Assembly (NCBI GenBank): GCA_964016885.1
Contig: OZ024741.1
Coordinates: 167,834,001-167,898,000 of the forward strand
DNA length: 64,000 nucleotides
Direction: 5' to 3'
Source: Eledone cirrhosa
Lineage: Eukaryota
The notes below the pieces were generated by a model. It made no database searches. It saw only the letters and a program-made list of their open reading frames with translations, and was not told where the DNA came from. Positions 38,911-52,921 of this stretch are shown piece by piece (within the stretch, counting starts at the first letter, position 1; each line of letters opens with the position of its first letter). The translations under genes and the position numbers were made by a program.

Positions 38911-39845
38911 ATATATATATACATTTATATGTATACATATGTATATAAGTAACACGTGTCTGTGGAATGCTCAGCCACTTACTCGTTAATTTCCCAACCA
39001 GGCTTATCAGTCAAACAAATGGCACACTTGTCATATGAATTGATGGAGGTTCAATAACATTAGTGATAGTGTTGATTTTTCCATTGAATATATTAACAGT
39101 GTTGTTATGGTAGTTATGGTACAGATTATTATATATTAACAGTATTGTTATGGTAGTTATGGTACAGATTATTATAAAAAAGGAAATAAAATGAAACAGA
39201 AAAAAAAGGAGAAGAAGACTTAAAAAACGTAATAAAAAGGTAAAAAGATGAAGACAATGAAGGCGACAATGAAGACAATGGCTACGGTGGTGTAGATGGA
39301 GAAAGGAAAAAGAAAACAGTGATGGAATACATAGATGTTGCAATTTTCATGTCTGTAAACCGCTTACAAAATTTTTGATATCAGATAAAAATGAAAAAAA
39401 TGACATATATGTTATGTGGCAGTAAATCAAATTTACAATTTCCGATTCCTAAGAAAAGATATGGCTTGTAAAATCTCGTTTACCTATGAATTCACTTTCA
39501 TATTTCTTGTATGCTTCTTTTTTTTTCTTTCTGTCTTTTCTTTTTTTGGAAATTGAGTGATACTAAATGAACATGAGGCACAACATAAGTCAATTCAGAG
39601 CTCTTGAAATACAAGTGCTCTTGAAAAGCAGATCAATGTCAAAATATCCACTGCAATTTTTGAAGTAAAGGTTTATGTATGTGTATGTGCATGCATGTGT
39701 TGTAAAGGCACATGGCTCTGTAGTTAAGGTTGTTTGGCTGTTGATTTGGCAGTGATTTCAATTCTGGGTGCTCTGTTGCATCAGAGGTTCTCAAAGTGGG
39801 GGCTATTGTCCAGGGGGCACTGGAGCCTTAGGGGAGATTACATAA

Positions 39846-40417
39846 TCTATCTATCTATATAAAAGTATGTGATTGCTTGCTTGTTTATCTGTAATGTAAT
39901 ACAGCCAAAGGGGGGTGCATAATGGGAAAATACTTTGAAAGGAAGTTGACCCTGAAATGGGAATACAAACGAAATAAAAGAAGTTCCGTGTAAATCGGAC
40001 CACGGGTTCCCAAGATATGGAGCTTTTCCGGGTATCTTCATAAACAAAGAGAAAGATAGAGAGGAAGAGATGGTTCTGACAGAGTAGATTGAAAGAGAAA
40101 TATAGAGAGAGGGAGAGGAGACAGAGAAGGAGAATGGAAGAGAGTTGGTGTTGTTGTGTATATATACGTGTGTGTATATATATATATATGTGTGTGTATA
40201 TGTGTATGTGTGTCTATGACCAGTGTATATAGATCACAGACACCCACACATTTATATATATACATACACACACGTATATATAAGGGCCTTCCAGTTTCAT
40301 TTCACATTATATACATGTCTGTGTATATTTTAATTATTTAAAAATTATTTTTAAGTGAACATGATTAAAAGAAAAAGTTTTAAGTGAACGTGACCCAACG
40401 GGTCACAGGTGGTCTAG
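39846..40417 (+). mobile_element. Non-autonomous Helitron nested in the hAT element
   Basis: a|TCtatctatctatataaaag 5' end; 3' hairpin GTGACCC-aac-GGGTCAC (40390-40406) then CTAG|t. Confidence 0.85.
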
Positions 40418-40486
40418 TAGTATACTAAATATCAAATGATACATGGTATAGCAAGCCACACCAGACACTGAAATAGTTCCTTTATT

Positions 40487-40525
40487 TTCCTCAGAAGAAG
40501 AGATATTAATCTCGAAATATCAGGA
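40487..40525 (+). ncRNA. Degenerate minimal hammerhead-like motif
   Basis: UCCU CAGAAGA A GAGAU AUUA AUCUC GAAA UAUC AGGA; U4 is replaced by A. Confidence 0.4.
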
Positions 40526-41426
40526 CACATGAATCAATTAAGGTAAATATAGTAATATAAAAAATATATAACATTTATTTATACATAGTATATATTATAT
40601 TATTTATTTATATATAAATTAATGATTTTATTTATTGTATATTATTTACAATTTCCGTTTAGGTAGGTCTCTGTGGAAATATGGGTGGGGGCGCTGAGGG
40701 TATTATGTGGCCATGAGGAGAGTGAGTTGGCCCAAAAAAGTTTGAGAACCTCTGTGTTGCATTAATGAACAAGGCACTTTATTTTACATTGATCTGACAA
40801 CTCGGTCATGGTGTAAGGGAAAATAGGATGGATAGTCATATTTCCGTATGTGAATATATCATCCATATGAATTTCCTCTGCTTACCTATATAGGGGAAAC
40901 GCCGATGCTCCCAGGATGGATAATGTTTGGACACAAAAAACAAGGCCCTAACAAAAATTCAACTTCACAGAAAGTTTGATTTGTAGGGTATATCTGGATC
41001 ATCTAATTATTATTCAGTATTGCTAGATACAAGATTTTGAGTCACAATGTAAAAATACTAAAGATATATTTCCTTACAATATATACACATACATACATAT
41101 AGACACATGCATAAATCATGTTCTTCATAGTCTCTGGCCATGTACACATAAATGGGATAAAAGTCGAATGTGGGACCCACAAACGCAACTGTAGATGTTG
41201 GACATGTGCTATGGTAGTAGACCAGATGGTCATCAATGCTGCTGCTGAGCCATGCAGTACCTGTCTCTGCTCACAGTGACATGGTCAGAGTGAAGCTTAG
41301 ACAGCTCAAAGAGATGCTAACTGGTGAAAGAGCACAAGCTTTGCCATTCTTTTGCTGTATCTTCCAAGGTGAACTATGGAAATTTGTTTGTGTTGTAGAA
41401 CATGTTGAAGATCACACACATACACA

Positions 41427-41457
<31 letters not shown>

Positions 41458-42006
41458 TGGGGGAAGAAAGAGGGAGAGAAAGAGAGAGAAAGGAAATAGA
41501 AACGCAGACAGAGAGAATAAGAAAGAAGTACAGTGAGAGATGATTGTTTGAGAGATGATTTTAGACAGAGTGAGATTAAGAGAAGCTGATTTGGGTGGTG
41601 AGATAAGAAACGTTTAAGAAAATTCTAATACAAGATATTGTTGGATTAACAAACCAAATTTGTGTTGTTGTTGTTGTTGTAGATTTGATTTGTGTGATGG
41701 AATTAGTTGGAAGTGATTCTGTTTTGTCAAAGATTAAGCGACATTCTTTTGGGGGTCTTCCTGTAGATAAGGAGTTTCACTTTCACTATTGATACACACA
41801 ATAAATCAGTTTCACAAATAGGATTTCCCAAAGGGAAATAACAATTGCATTGTAGCAAGAATTTACAATCACAAGAACCTATGTAAGCTGAAATTGTTTC
41901 AATAACAATAACTTGGTTTTAATGTTTCAAATATATTCTATAAGTGTTTCCACAACTCTTAAGGTGATAAAAAAGTTGAACTTTTAATAAGGTTTTCTGT
42001 ATAAAG

Positions 42007-42039
<33 letters not shown>

Positions 42040-42227
42040 AAAATGTTCAGGACCTCGACGGCAGAGCTCAAGCTGTTTCGACGGTTATTTCTGGACCTAT
42101 TTGGTCTACTACCCAAAGTATCGAGTACTCTGGTGCGTTATGGTCCACCTGGTTTCTTACCACATTCCTTCGTTATATATATATACGATATATTAACAAA
42201 TGGAAATTATAGTTATAAAACCATATT

Positions 42228-42292
42228 TATTTCATTATACATATTTCAAGGACACCAAGTTAAATTATGGTGTGCTTTCATCAGATAAAATA
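42228..42292 (-). ncRNA. Minimal type-I hammerhead ribozyme (Penelope pLTR-type)
   Basis: UAUUUUAU CUGAUGA AAG-C-ACACCA(loop)UGGUGU-C-CUU GAAA UAUGUA UA AUGAAAUA. Confidence 0.8.
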
Positions 42293-43496
42293 TAATATAG
42301 AGCAGTTTTATAAATAAATATTGACATACCCTTAAAGAATGCGACCATTTCTGTTGGAAGCTCCCGGATAGTGGGGTTATAAATTTATTTATACTATTAT
42401 GCAAATTAGTTTCGGATATTTTAAAATCAGAGTAGATTTAAATAAGCCGTTGAGTTATGGAGAAAGAGAGGGAGAGAAACAAAAAAGAGAGATAGAAAAA
42501 AGAAAAAAGAGAAAAAAGAGCAAACTCTAAGAGGAAAATAAGAAAAATAAGAAAAGGAGAAAGAAAAGAAAAAAGAAAAGAGAAAAGAGAAAGCGAAAGC
42601 TCTAAGTGATAGGTTGTTGTATTAGCTTAACTTTTGAGATGAAGTGAAAGAATAAATATTTAATGGATGAGTAGAGAAGTTTAAATAAGCGTGAATGGAA
42701 AATACATAAATAATAGGAGAATTTAACCATTGTTTAAATATGATTAAATGTTTAGTTTATCAATTAGATTATTGAGATCTATACATTAAACAATTGAGAT
42801 CTATATATTATTAAGAAATCTATATATTATTAAGACTATATATTATTAAAAAATCTATATATTATTAAAAGAATATATTCATATATATACATACGCATAC
42901 ACAGATATATATACATATAAATATATATACATACACCTACATATAGATACATATACATACAAACAATAAAGGAATTTTTAATTTAAGATATAGGAATTTT
43001 CATAAACTAATAGATTTTTCGGAGAAAATCTTAGAAAAAAACAGAGAAAATCATTTCTATGTAATATCGAAACAGCGTGAAGGAAATTAAGTTATTTACT
43101 TATATTAAATGTTACAATTGTTAAGATAGTAAAGGAAATTTTAGGTTATACAAATCTTATGTTATTATACAAATTTATTTTAATATAAGTTTTATATGTA
43201 ATAAATCCACCTGTTATGTAGTTGTGACTGTTATTATATAAGTTTGTTTATCACGAACCTCAAGAAAATCCTTATAAACGAGTGCATTCGAATTGTATGC
43301 ATATATATATATATACACATATACACACAATCTCCACATAGATACACAGAGACGTACTTACACATACAGGTAGATATGCATCACACATATACATATACAT
43401 ACACACATATATATATATACATACATATATACACACATACATATATAGAGAGATATATATAAATACAGTACATAGTATAATTGAAGTACATAATAT

Positions 43497-43602
43497 ATAA
43501 AATAAAATAAAATAAAATAAAATAAAATAAAATAAAATAAAATAAAATAAAATAAAATAAAATAAAATAAAATAAAATAAAATAAAATAAAAAATAAAAA
43601 TG
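43497..43602. repeat. (AAAAT)n microsatellite
   Basis: About 20 units visible. Confidence 0.95.
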
Positions 43603-44129
43603 AATTATATTACGATTTGGAAATATAATTATAAGCGATATAACTTTAAACCAATATAATTTAAAAAAAATATAACTTTAAATCAATATAATCTTTAAAA
43701 AAATCAATATAATTTTAACAAATATTATAGAATATTTCAAGTTATAATTTTAAAATAAGAATATGTTTAATAGATTCAGTATAAAAATTTAAATTTTCTA
43801 TATAATATTTAATTCTCAGTATGTTTAACTTAATTTTATAGCCATAAGAAAAAGAAAGAGAAACTTTCAAAAGAGAAACTTTCAAAAGAGAAACTTTCAA
43901 AAATAGGAGAAACTTTCAAATAAAATATTTTCCCCTTTTAAGAGCTTTCAGTATGTTTCTCTAGAAGAATTTTTTAATTTTATTGATATTTAGGAAAAAA
44001 ATGTTTTTTAACTTGAGAGTTTAAGCAGTCAAATGAAGGAATCTAATGATTTATCGATATTCAATATATTAATAGAATTAATTAATTATATATTATATTT
44101 TAAATTTATATTTAAACGTTGAGTTCAAT

Positions 44130-44975
44130 CTATGTCTGCAGCAACTGAATAAATTGTTCCTTAGGTTCAGGGAATTTTTGGTCTTTAATATAAAGAATAC
44201 TTTCCTCTATACAAAGATCACAATTTTCTGAAGAGGAGTTAAAAGGAGTAGCTTTTGAAATAATATTCCAAAGCAACGAATATTTAACGCTCTTTAATTT
44301 GAGGTTCCATAATAAACTAGATAGAGAAGTTGAGGATTTTTTGTTTAGATGTGTAAAAGAGTTTTTATGGTTATTGAAACGGGATTTAAAATCTGTGGAA
44401 GTAGATCCTACATAATTAAATGAATTTAAATTAGTTTTTACATTACAATTATATACTATATTTTTAGCTAAGCAATTGTTATTTAACGGACAGTTAGATT
44501 TATTTCTACAGTTACATTTATTAAATTGGATATTGCTGGGGCTATTAGTGGTATTTTCGTTAGGTTTTAAATTTCTATTATTAATTCTATTAATATTTTG
44601 CGCTAAATTTTTGGTGGATGAATAAGTTAATTTTATAGTATGTCTATTAAAAATTGAGTAATATCTGTGTTCTAGGGAAGCATTTGTCAAGAGCTTTAAA
44701 GAATAGTTTAGCAATAGGGGTTTTAATATTTAATGAGAAAAGAGGAGTGAACCATAATATATTCCTAGTTCTATTGCTTTTTTTGTTTGCCGAATTATTG
44801 TAAGGTTTTCTATTATACTTGTTAAAATTGTTAAAATTGTTAAGATTATGGTTAGTTGTTATATTATTATTATCAATGTATTTAATTTTATTTCTATACC
44901 CAGCTCTACCTAACGCTTCGTTGTAATAATGTGCTTTATCATCAAATATATTCTTATTAGCTGAAATTCTAGAAA
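44130..44975 (-). mobile_element. Penelope-like element C-terminus with GIY-YIG endonuclease
   Basis: RISRISAN..Y.EAL.RAGY, ILWFTP.FS..IKT, FNRHTIKLTYS, CNC..CPL..CL..NIVY..NYVGSTST.FK.RF.NH, CDLCIEE. One frameshift near 44670. Confidence 0.9.
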
Positions 44976-44977
44976 TG

Positions 44978-47115
44978 CGTTGTTGTCGACGACAGAAGAG
45001 GCCTACCTTGAGGAGAAGAATATGGAAGTTGAAGGACCCCATAGCCAGTGACAAATTAAAAAGCTTATTACTTGATGCCTTTGACAATAAGGAAGAGCAA
45101 TTAGAGACGTGCCATATAGAGGAACAGTGGGAATTCTTGAAAGTGAACCTGCTGAAAGCAACGGATGAAATCTGTGGCTGGAGCAGACCTATTGGCAGGA
45201 GGAGAGTAACTTAGTGGTGGAACAGTAAGGTAGAAGAGACAATCAAGGCCAAAAAGCAGGCTTGGAAAGTATGGCAGGATGGGGGAAGTAGAGAATACTA
45301 TCAAGTGGCCAGGAGAAAAGCTAGGAGACAAGTGTACCTTGCAAAAAGGGAAGCAGAGGATAGAAAGTTCAAGAATGTTCTACAACGTGAGGACCAAAAA
45401 CGCGAGGTGTTCAGGATTGCTAGACAATGTGTCAAGGAAAACCGTGATATTGTCGGGGAGAAGTGTGTCCGTAATGATAACGGTGTACTTGCCCTCACTG
45501 ATGCTGATAAGAAGAAACCCTGGAAGTGTCACTACGAGAGACTATTAAATGAGGAGAATAAATGAGAAAAAGATAGTCTGCCCCAAATCGATCCAATAGA
45601 AGGACCAGCGGTGCAAGTTAAAGGTAGTATAATAAGTAAAGCAATCAAAGCTATAAAGACAGGCAAGGCAACTGGGCCTTCGGAGATAGTTTCTGACATG
45701 TTGAAGGCATCTGGAATGGTGGGACATACTATGGTCACCCGTATAGTTAACCAAGTAATACAGACTGGGGTCATACCAAAAGACTGCCGTAGCAGCATCA
45801 TCATTAACTGCTAAAAGGGTAAAGGAGATGCTCTAGATAGTGGAAACTATAGAGGCATTAAGTTAGTTGACCAGGTCATGAAGGTCACAGAAAGAGTTAT
45901 AGCGCAATCAGAGAGCGAATTGATCTAGATGAAATGCAGTTTGGGTTTTTGTCGGGTAAAAGTACCACAGACGCTCTTTTCATTGTACGACAACTACAGG
46001 AGAAGTACCTAGCTAAAAGTAAACCCCTCTACTTAGCTTTTGTAGACCTGGAAAAAGCCTTTGACAGAGTCCCCCGCTCCATTATCTGGTGGGCTCTTAG
46101 AAAACTAGGTGTATATGAATGGCTTGTGAGAGCTATACAAGCTATGTATAAAGAAACAGTCAGTAAGGTTAGAATTAACAACGAATATTGTGAAGAATTT
46201 AGTGTAAAAGTTGGTGTCCACCAAGGCTCTGTCCTTAGCCCCCTACTATTTATTATTGCCCTTCAGGCTATAACAGAGGAGTTCAAGACCGGCTGCCCAT
46301 GGGAACTCCTATACGCAGATGATCTAACGCTCATAGCTGAATCAATGGCTGAACTAGAAAAGAAATTCCAAACATGGAAGCATGGCCTAGAATCAAAAGG
46401 CCTTAAAGTTAACTTGTCTAAGACTAAAGTCCTAGTTTGTAGAAAGGAAAATAAGGTGCAGGTACCCTCAGGTAAATGGCCTTGCTCAGTGTGTAGGGAA
46501 GGAGTAGGCAGAAATTCAATTTTATGTCCCAAATACAAAGTATGGGTACATAAAAGATGTAGTGGGATCACAGGTAAACTATCTAAGAACGTTGACTTTA
46601 TATGTGGCTGATGCTCAGCTGCAATAGGTAGCAAGTGTCCACAGGATACTAGCCCCTTCTATTGTCCAGATGGTTCTATAGAAATAGTAGACACTTTCCG
46701 TTACCTGGGTGACAAAATCAGCAGTGGTGGAGGATGTTCTGAAAGTACAGTAGCCAAAGTCAGAACGGGATGGAAAAAGTTCAGAGAGCTTATACCGCTG
46801 TTGGCCACAAAAGGTTTCTCTCTAAAAATGAAAGGCAGATTGTATGATGCTTGTATACGAACAGCAATGTTACATGGCAGTGAGACCTGGGCATTGTGTG
46901 CAGAGGATATACGCAGACTGGAAAGAAACGAAGCTTGCATGCTCCGCTGGATGTGTAATAGTAATATACATGAACGGCAAAGCATAAATGAACTAAGTGA
47001 GAAATTAGGAATAAGAGGGATCAGATGCTGTTTACTCGAGAGAAGACTACGTTGGTATGGTCATGTGATGCGCATGACAGACGACAGCTGTATAAAAAAG
47101 TGCAGGGCGATCAAA
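44978..47115 (+). mobile_element. RTE LINE copy, truncated at both ends (RT and PHD finger)
   Basis: MQFGF..STTDALF..QEKY..DLEKAFDRVP..GVHQGSVLSP..LLYADDL..CSVC..CPK..HKRC. Closely similar to 54190-56310 in the opposite orientation. Confidence 0.95.
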
Positions 47116-49503
47116 CTTAGACATTCTGGAGAGGAATATCGGAGCAGGATGTTGATCATAATGATCAGGCAGTGTGGATTGAGACAGTACAGAAGGAGAT
47201 CAGTGAACAGGCACGCCAACAAACTGATTTGAGTATCACAGTTGAAACTCTTAAGGGTCAGGCCAGAAAACTAACCAACTGGAAATCACCAGGTCCAGAT
47301 GGTGTGCAGGGTTATTGGATTAAAAATATAACATCCCTCCACCCGAAACTGACAACCATGTTCAATGACTGCTTGATGTCAGGTGAGGTACCAGAGTGGT
47401 TGACAAAGGGTACCACAGTTATGGTAATGAAAGACCTAACCAAGGGTAATGATGTTACCAACTATAGACCTATAACATGTCTGTCCGTAATGTGGAAACT
47501 GTTAACAAGCATTGTGTCTGAGGAAATCTACTATCACCTCCACATAAACAACTTGTTACCGGACGAACAGAAAGGATGCCGAAAGAAGTCCCGTGGTACA
47601 AAGGACCAGTTACTTATTGATAAGATGGTAATGAGGAATTGCAGGAGGAGACACACTGGTCTTGCCATGGGATGGATAGACTACAAAAAGGCATTCGATA
47701 TGGTCCCTCATTCTTGGATAACCAAAAGCCTAGAGATCTTCAGGGTGGCAGATAACATCAGACAGTTGTTGAGCAAAAGTATGAAGTCCTGGAAAACAGA
47801 GTTAACATCGGGCGGAGAATCCTTGGGAGGCATGAGGATCAAGAGAGGTATCTTCCAGGGAGATAGTTTGTCCCCTCTGTTGTTTGTCCTTGCCCTGATA
47901 CCGCTGACCATTATGCTGCGAAAAATGAGAGCAGGATACAAGTTGGGAAAGGGAGAGCTTACCATCAATCAACTCCTATTCATGGACGATCTTAAGCTCT
48001 TCAGGAAGAGTGAGAGGGAGTTGGATGTGCTTGTTGACACTGTCCGTATTTTCAGCAATGATATATGTATGCAATTTGGTATTAGTAAGTGTGGAGTCCT
48101 TGTGATGAAGAGGGGTAAATTGAGCAGAAGCAACGGAATCTAGGTACCAACAGGTGAGATGATAAAGGAAATTAATACTGAAGAAGGATATAAATATTTA
48201 GGTGTTCTGGAGGCTGATGACATCAAGAACAAAAAAAAAATGAAGGAATTGATAAGATCTGAATACATTTGGAGAGTAAGGAGCGTATTAAAGTCACATC
48301 TGAACAGTAGGAATGCCATAAGTGCAGTAAATTCCCGAGCTGTGTCTATTATTAGGTACAGTGCGAGAATTCTGAGATGGAATGTTGCTGAACAAAAAGA
48401 AATGGATAGGAAGACTAGGAGGCTATTGACTATCTACAACATGTTCCACAAAAGTAGTGATGTCGATAGACTCTACTTAAGGAGATCTGAAGGTGAAAGA
48501 GGTCTTATCAGCATAGAGGACTGTGTTCAGATGGAGAAAAACAACCTACACAAATACGTGACTGATAGTAAGGAGCCAATGCTCAGAATTGTACTGAAGG
48601 AGAGGACAATAGACCAGGGGATGTCCAAGGAGGAAATAACAACAAGGAGAAAGAGCAACCTTCATGAAAAATCCCTTCATAGTGCCTTCTTTGAGAAAAC
48701 TGAATTTAGAGATCCACAGACATGGAACTGGTTGAAAAGAGGAGACCTTAAAAAGGCTACAGGAGGAATGCTAATGGCTGCGCAAGAGCAGGCCCTCAAA
48801 ACGAAGTGGCTGAAACACCATATTTACAAGGAGGAGGCTAGCCCACTGTTTAGAATCTGTGGAGAGAGAGAGGAGACTGTGGCTCACATTGTATCCGAGT
48901 GTAAACACCTAGCCCAGGCTCACTATAAAGGCTGGAGACATGATGTGATGGGCAGGGTGATCCACTTGTGCAAAGTAAACAATTTACCACATTCTTAGAA
49001 GTGGTATGAGCATAAGCCAGAGTCGGTGATGGAAAACGATCAGGTGAAGGTGCTATGGGATTTTAGGATACAGACGGACAAGAAACTGGAACACAATAGG
49101 CCTGACATGGTGGTTTTGGACAAGGAAAATAGATTGTGCCTGATTGTAGATGTAGCCTGCCCATTTGACACGAGAGTGCAAGAAAAGGAGAGGGAGAAAA
49201 TTAACCGATACCAGGACTTAAAGTGGGAGGTAAAAAGGATTTGGAACTGCCATGAAGTCAGAGTCGTACTGATTGTCATAGGCGCACTAGATACTATCTC
49301 AAAGAGTTTCCAAGGATGGTTAAAGAAAATTAGTCCAGCCCCGCTTTTTGGAACACTTCAAAAGGCATGCATGCTGGGAACAGCAAGAACCCCCCGATAC
49401 GTCCTGAATATCTGAGGCTGCAGGTAGCGGCTTGATATTCATGTCAACAAACTTTCCAGTTAAATAACATCAATGACTGAGACTCAAAGAACAATAATAA
49501 TAA
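47116..49503 (+). mobile_element. R4/Dong-type REL non-LTR retrotransposon (5'-truncated) with (TAA)n tail
   Basis: KSPGPDG, YRPITCL, EQKGC, DYKKAFD.VPH, GIFQGDSLSP, FMDDLK, a Zn knuckle (RICG..ET..HI..C), RHD, and an RPD..D..K..RY REL domain. The three ORFs are in one frame, split by two TAG stops. Confidence 0.92.
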
Positions 49504-49688
49504 TTGTTTCTACTTTTAGCACAAGGCCAGCAAATACCCAGTGCATTACTGGTACTTTATTTTATCGACCCCGTAAGGATGAAAGGCAAAGTTAACCTCG
49601 GCGGGATTTGGACTCAGAATGGCAAGGACCATAACTCTATACGTCAAAGCATGGTGCCAGACCCTCTACCAATACTGCCAATCCACCA
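49500..49688 (-). mobile_element. SINE family A, tail-to-tail with the R4/Dong element
   Basis: Reverse complement of 2442-2627. Confidence 0.9.
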
Positions 49689-50164
49689 TACATTAATAAT
49701 AATAATAACAACAATGATAATATTGTTCAATGTACATATATCAACTTGATAATTATGTGGTCTTTTACAGATAAGAAACCAACCAGCATTGATTCAAAGA
49801 GTTTGAGAATCGGCCAGAAAAGATATGGCCATAATAAAGTTACAATAAAGTCACTGTGGTAGATTAGAGAAATAAGTCAATGGTAGTAGGATCAAATCTC
49901 ATGTCAGTTAGGATTATAATAAGAAAAAGTTTTAAATTGTTTGTGTCTGCAATTAAAAGTTCACAACTCCCACTTGTCTGGCAAGACAACCCAGGTCATT
50001 TCACTGACTGCAAATGCACATATTAATGAAGAAATAAAATAAACAAGTGAATAAATAAATGAATAAATAAATAGATAAATAAATGTTAAGGGGTTAGGAA
50101 TGAAAAAATTAAGATTAACAATTAAAAATTAAGATTAAAAATTATGTAGTGCCAATCTCCAACT

Positions 50165-50407
50165 CACAATCTACAACCAGCACATTGCTCAAGTTACTCG
50201 TGGTGTTAGTAAGTTATGCTTGGAAGGAAGGGTGACTGGTAAGAGAAGCAGAGGCCGACAGCGAAAACGGTAGCTTGATAATGTCAACTTATGGACTGGA
50301 CTTAATCTTTGCTCTTTAAACTCTGCTGCTGGTGATCGAACTTTGTAGAGAGAGATATCACACGTTGATGCACAGTCTGCAACTGGCAGAGTTTAGCGAG
50401 TTTACAC

Positions 50408-50470
<63 letters not shown>
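50165..50470 (+). mobile_element. RTE-like 3' end relic followed by (GA)n
   Basis: LEGRVTGKRSRGRQRKR*LDNV..WTGL. Confidence 0.65.
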
Positions 50471-50473
<3 letters not shown>

Positions 50474-51440
50474 TGTCTAATTATATGAATTATATGACCT
50501 ATATAATATACAAGAAATGTGTAAAGAAAGGTGAAAATCTCAAAACTAATACAATAGTACAATAGAGTGAAGACCATAAATACAAATAAAGAATGTATAA
50601 AGATATGTAAGAGGAAATAAGTAGGAAGAAAATATATGAAGGAATAATATGGATATATGTACCTATCCGTACATATGTATCTATGTATACTATTGACACA
50701 TATATATTCATAAACATATCTATGGATAAAAACGCAGGGCTTAAATTAGTATAGTAATGAGTGGCTAAACACCAAGAAGTGTACAATCACCTGCACAGCT
50801 CAATGTGCTTGTACTTAAAGACATATGTACATACACACAGAGTGGGTAGTTCATTAATAGGTACATCAAGGTTTATATTGAACCACAGTAGCATGCAATA
50901 GATCATTCAAGCAGACCATCATGCACTCAATGATGCAAGATAAGTGTTCATTGCATCAAAGTAGTATCTTTATGATATGAGGTGGAAGCTCCCTGAATAA
51001 GTATTAGATCGCCTGGATGCCCCCTCCATCGAGTGGTAACAACTTGGATGACCACAGATGGCTCATGAAAATAAGCATCAGTACATCAGTCAGAATGCAC
51101 TCACACACACACAGATAAAAAAGGAACGATCGACTTTCGTCAAATCGGACCGAGACAACAATGTTTCCGTTGGTCTTTCCAATTGCTAATACTATCTATC
51201 GGTTGCAACTCCAGGTAGAAGGAGCAACGTGAAATAAAGTGTCTTGCTCACGGACATAACGCATCACCTGGTCCAGGAATCAAACTCACAACCTTACGAT
51301 TGCAAATCCAATTCTCTAACCACTCAGCCACATGCCTTCACAGATAAATACATATATAAAAATACAAAAAACTACATACACACATATATGCACATATACA
51401 AAACTTCACACCTCTCAACACAACATTATGAGTAAATAAA

Positions 51441-51510
51441 AGTCGATAAAATAAAGTACCAGTAATACACTGGGTACTTTCTGGCCTTGTGCCTAACGTA
51501 GAAACAATTA
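51441..51510 (+). mobile_element. 5'-truncated SINE family A with 16-bp TSD
   Basis: attatgagtaaataaa occurs on both sides. Confidence 0.8.
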
Positions 51511-51659
51511 TGAGTAAATAAATAACTGATAACCAGAAATCAATATTACCCCATACAGAAGTACATAAAAAGAACTATTAAATGAAATTAATAAACTATT
51601 AATCAATAGTTAGTAATAAAACTCAGATAGGAAAATGCAGGGATAGAATAAATAAAATA

Positions 51660-51853
51660 AAATAATTGTTTCTACTTTTGGCACAAGGCCAGCAACTTAC
51701 CCAGTACATTACTGGTACTTTATTTTATCGACCCCGTAAGGATGAAAGGCAAAGTTAACCTCGGCGGGATTTGAACTCAGACCATAAAGGGCCGTAACCT
51801 TTTGCTGTAAAGCATGGGGTTCGACCCTTTACCAATACTGCCAATCCACCACC
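51660..51853 (-). mobile_element. SINE family A
   Basis: Reverse complement of 2442-2627. Confidence 0.9.
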
Positions 51854-52006
51854 CTAAATAAAATAAAATAATGATTAATCAATTAATCAAATAAAAATGC
51901 AGAAATGAAAAATAAAGATAAACGATAAAAGTGATAAAAAATGAAGGCTTCATAAATGCGACAGAAATATGTATAATAGGTGATTATGAATAAAAGAACG
52001 TATATA

Positions 52007-52041
<35 letters not shown>

Positions 52042-52046
<5 letters not shown>

Positions 52047-52313
52047 GTCTTAAGCCAGAAGGCTCATTTGGCCGGTGCTTATCCTGGTTTCCTGGTGAGA
52101 AGCGACTGAGAGTACAAGACACCCCCCTGGACAGGATGCCAGACCATCGCAGGGTTAAGCCTCCAAATATTGCTGGTACTCATTTTCAGCTGAGTATACT
52201 GGAGCAATGTGAAATGAAGTGTTTTGCTCAAGAACACAACACGCAACTCAGGAATCAAACCCACAACATTATGATCATAAGTCCAACTCCCTTACCACTA
52301 GGCCACGTGCCTC
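52042..52313 (-). mobile_element. tRNA-derived SINE family B (full length)
   Basis: gtggcctagtggtaagg A-box, ggtttgattcc B-box, taaccctgcgatggtctggcatcctgtccagggg; matches 30710-31005. Confidence 0.88.
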
Positions 52314-52373
52314 TACATAAATATATGTGTGTGTGTGTGTGTATATATATATATAGGTATATATAAATATATA

Positions 52374-52413
<40 letters not shown>

Positions 52414-52714
52414 TATATATATATTACAATTAAGGACAAAATGAAAACACACACACACATAGAACAAACAACTTACAATTAAGGACAAAATGAAAACACA
52501 CACAGGACAAAATGAAAACACACACACACATAGAACAAACAACCAACCAACAATAAATAAATAAATTAATAAACAAATAGATAAATGAACACAAACACAC
52601 ACAGACACCCGGATGTGGCGCATGCGCAAACTGAGCACACAACACACACACACAGAAACAAAATGGCGTAGGATAGAAGAAAGGAAAGGCACAGAAACAA
52701 AGAAAGGAATCCCC

Positions 52715-52759
52715 AGTCACTGAAGAGGTCACAGAGTGTGTGACGAAAGGACTATGACT
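52715..52759 (+). ncRNA. Minimal type-I hammerhead ribozyme
   Basis: AGUCA CUGAAGA G GUCACA GAGUG UGUGAC GAAA GGAC UA UGACU: intact core, 5-bp stem I, 6-bp stem II. Confidence 0.8.
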
Positions 52760-52921
52760 ATATATAAACAACTATCTGGTTGTGGAACCAACCAACCAAC
52801 CAGAAATTTATAGGTTTGTAAATTTGTAAATTTATAAATTTATAAATATATAATAAATTGAAGTGAAAGCAACTGGTGCGTGTGTTTCTTATTGGCAACA
52901 TGACCCTCCCAAAGTATAACA

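Larger units (their letters stand above)
39782..40754. mobile_element. hAT (Charlie-like) non-autonomous element
   Basis: 14-bp TIRs CAGAGGTTCTCAAA / TTTGAGAACCTCTG and a perfect 8-bp TSD TGTTGCAT (39774-39781, 40755-40762). Confidence 0.92.
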
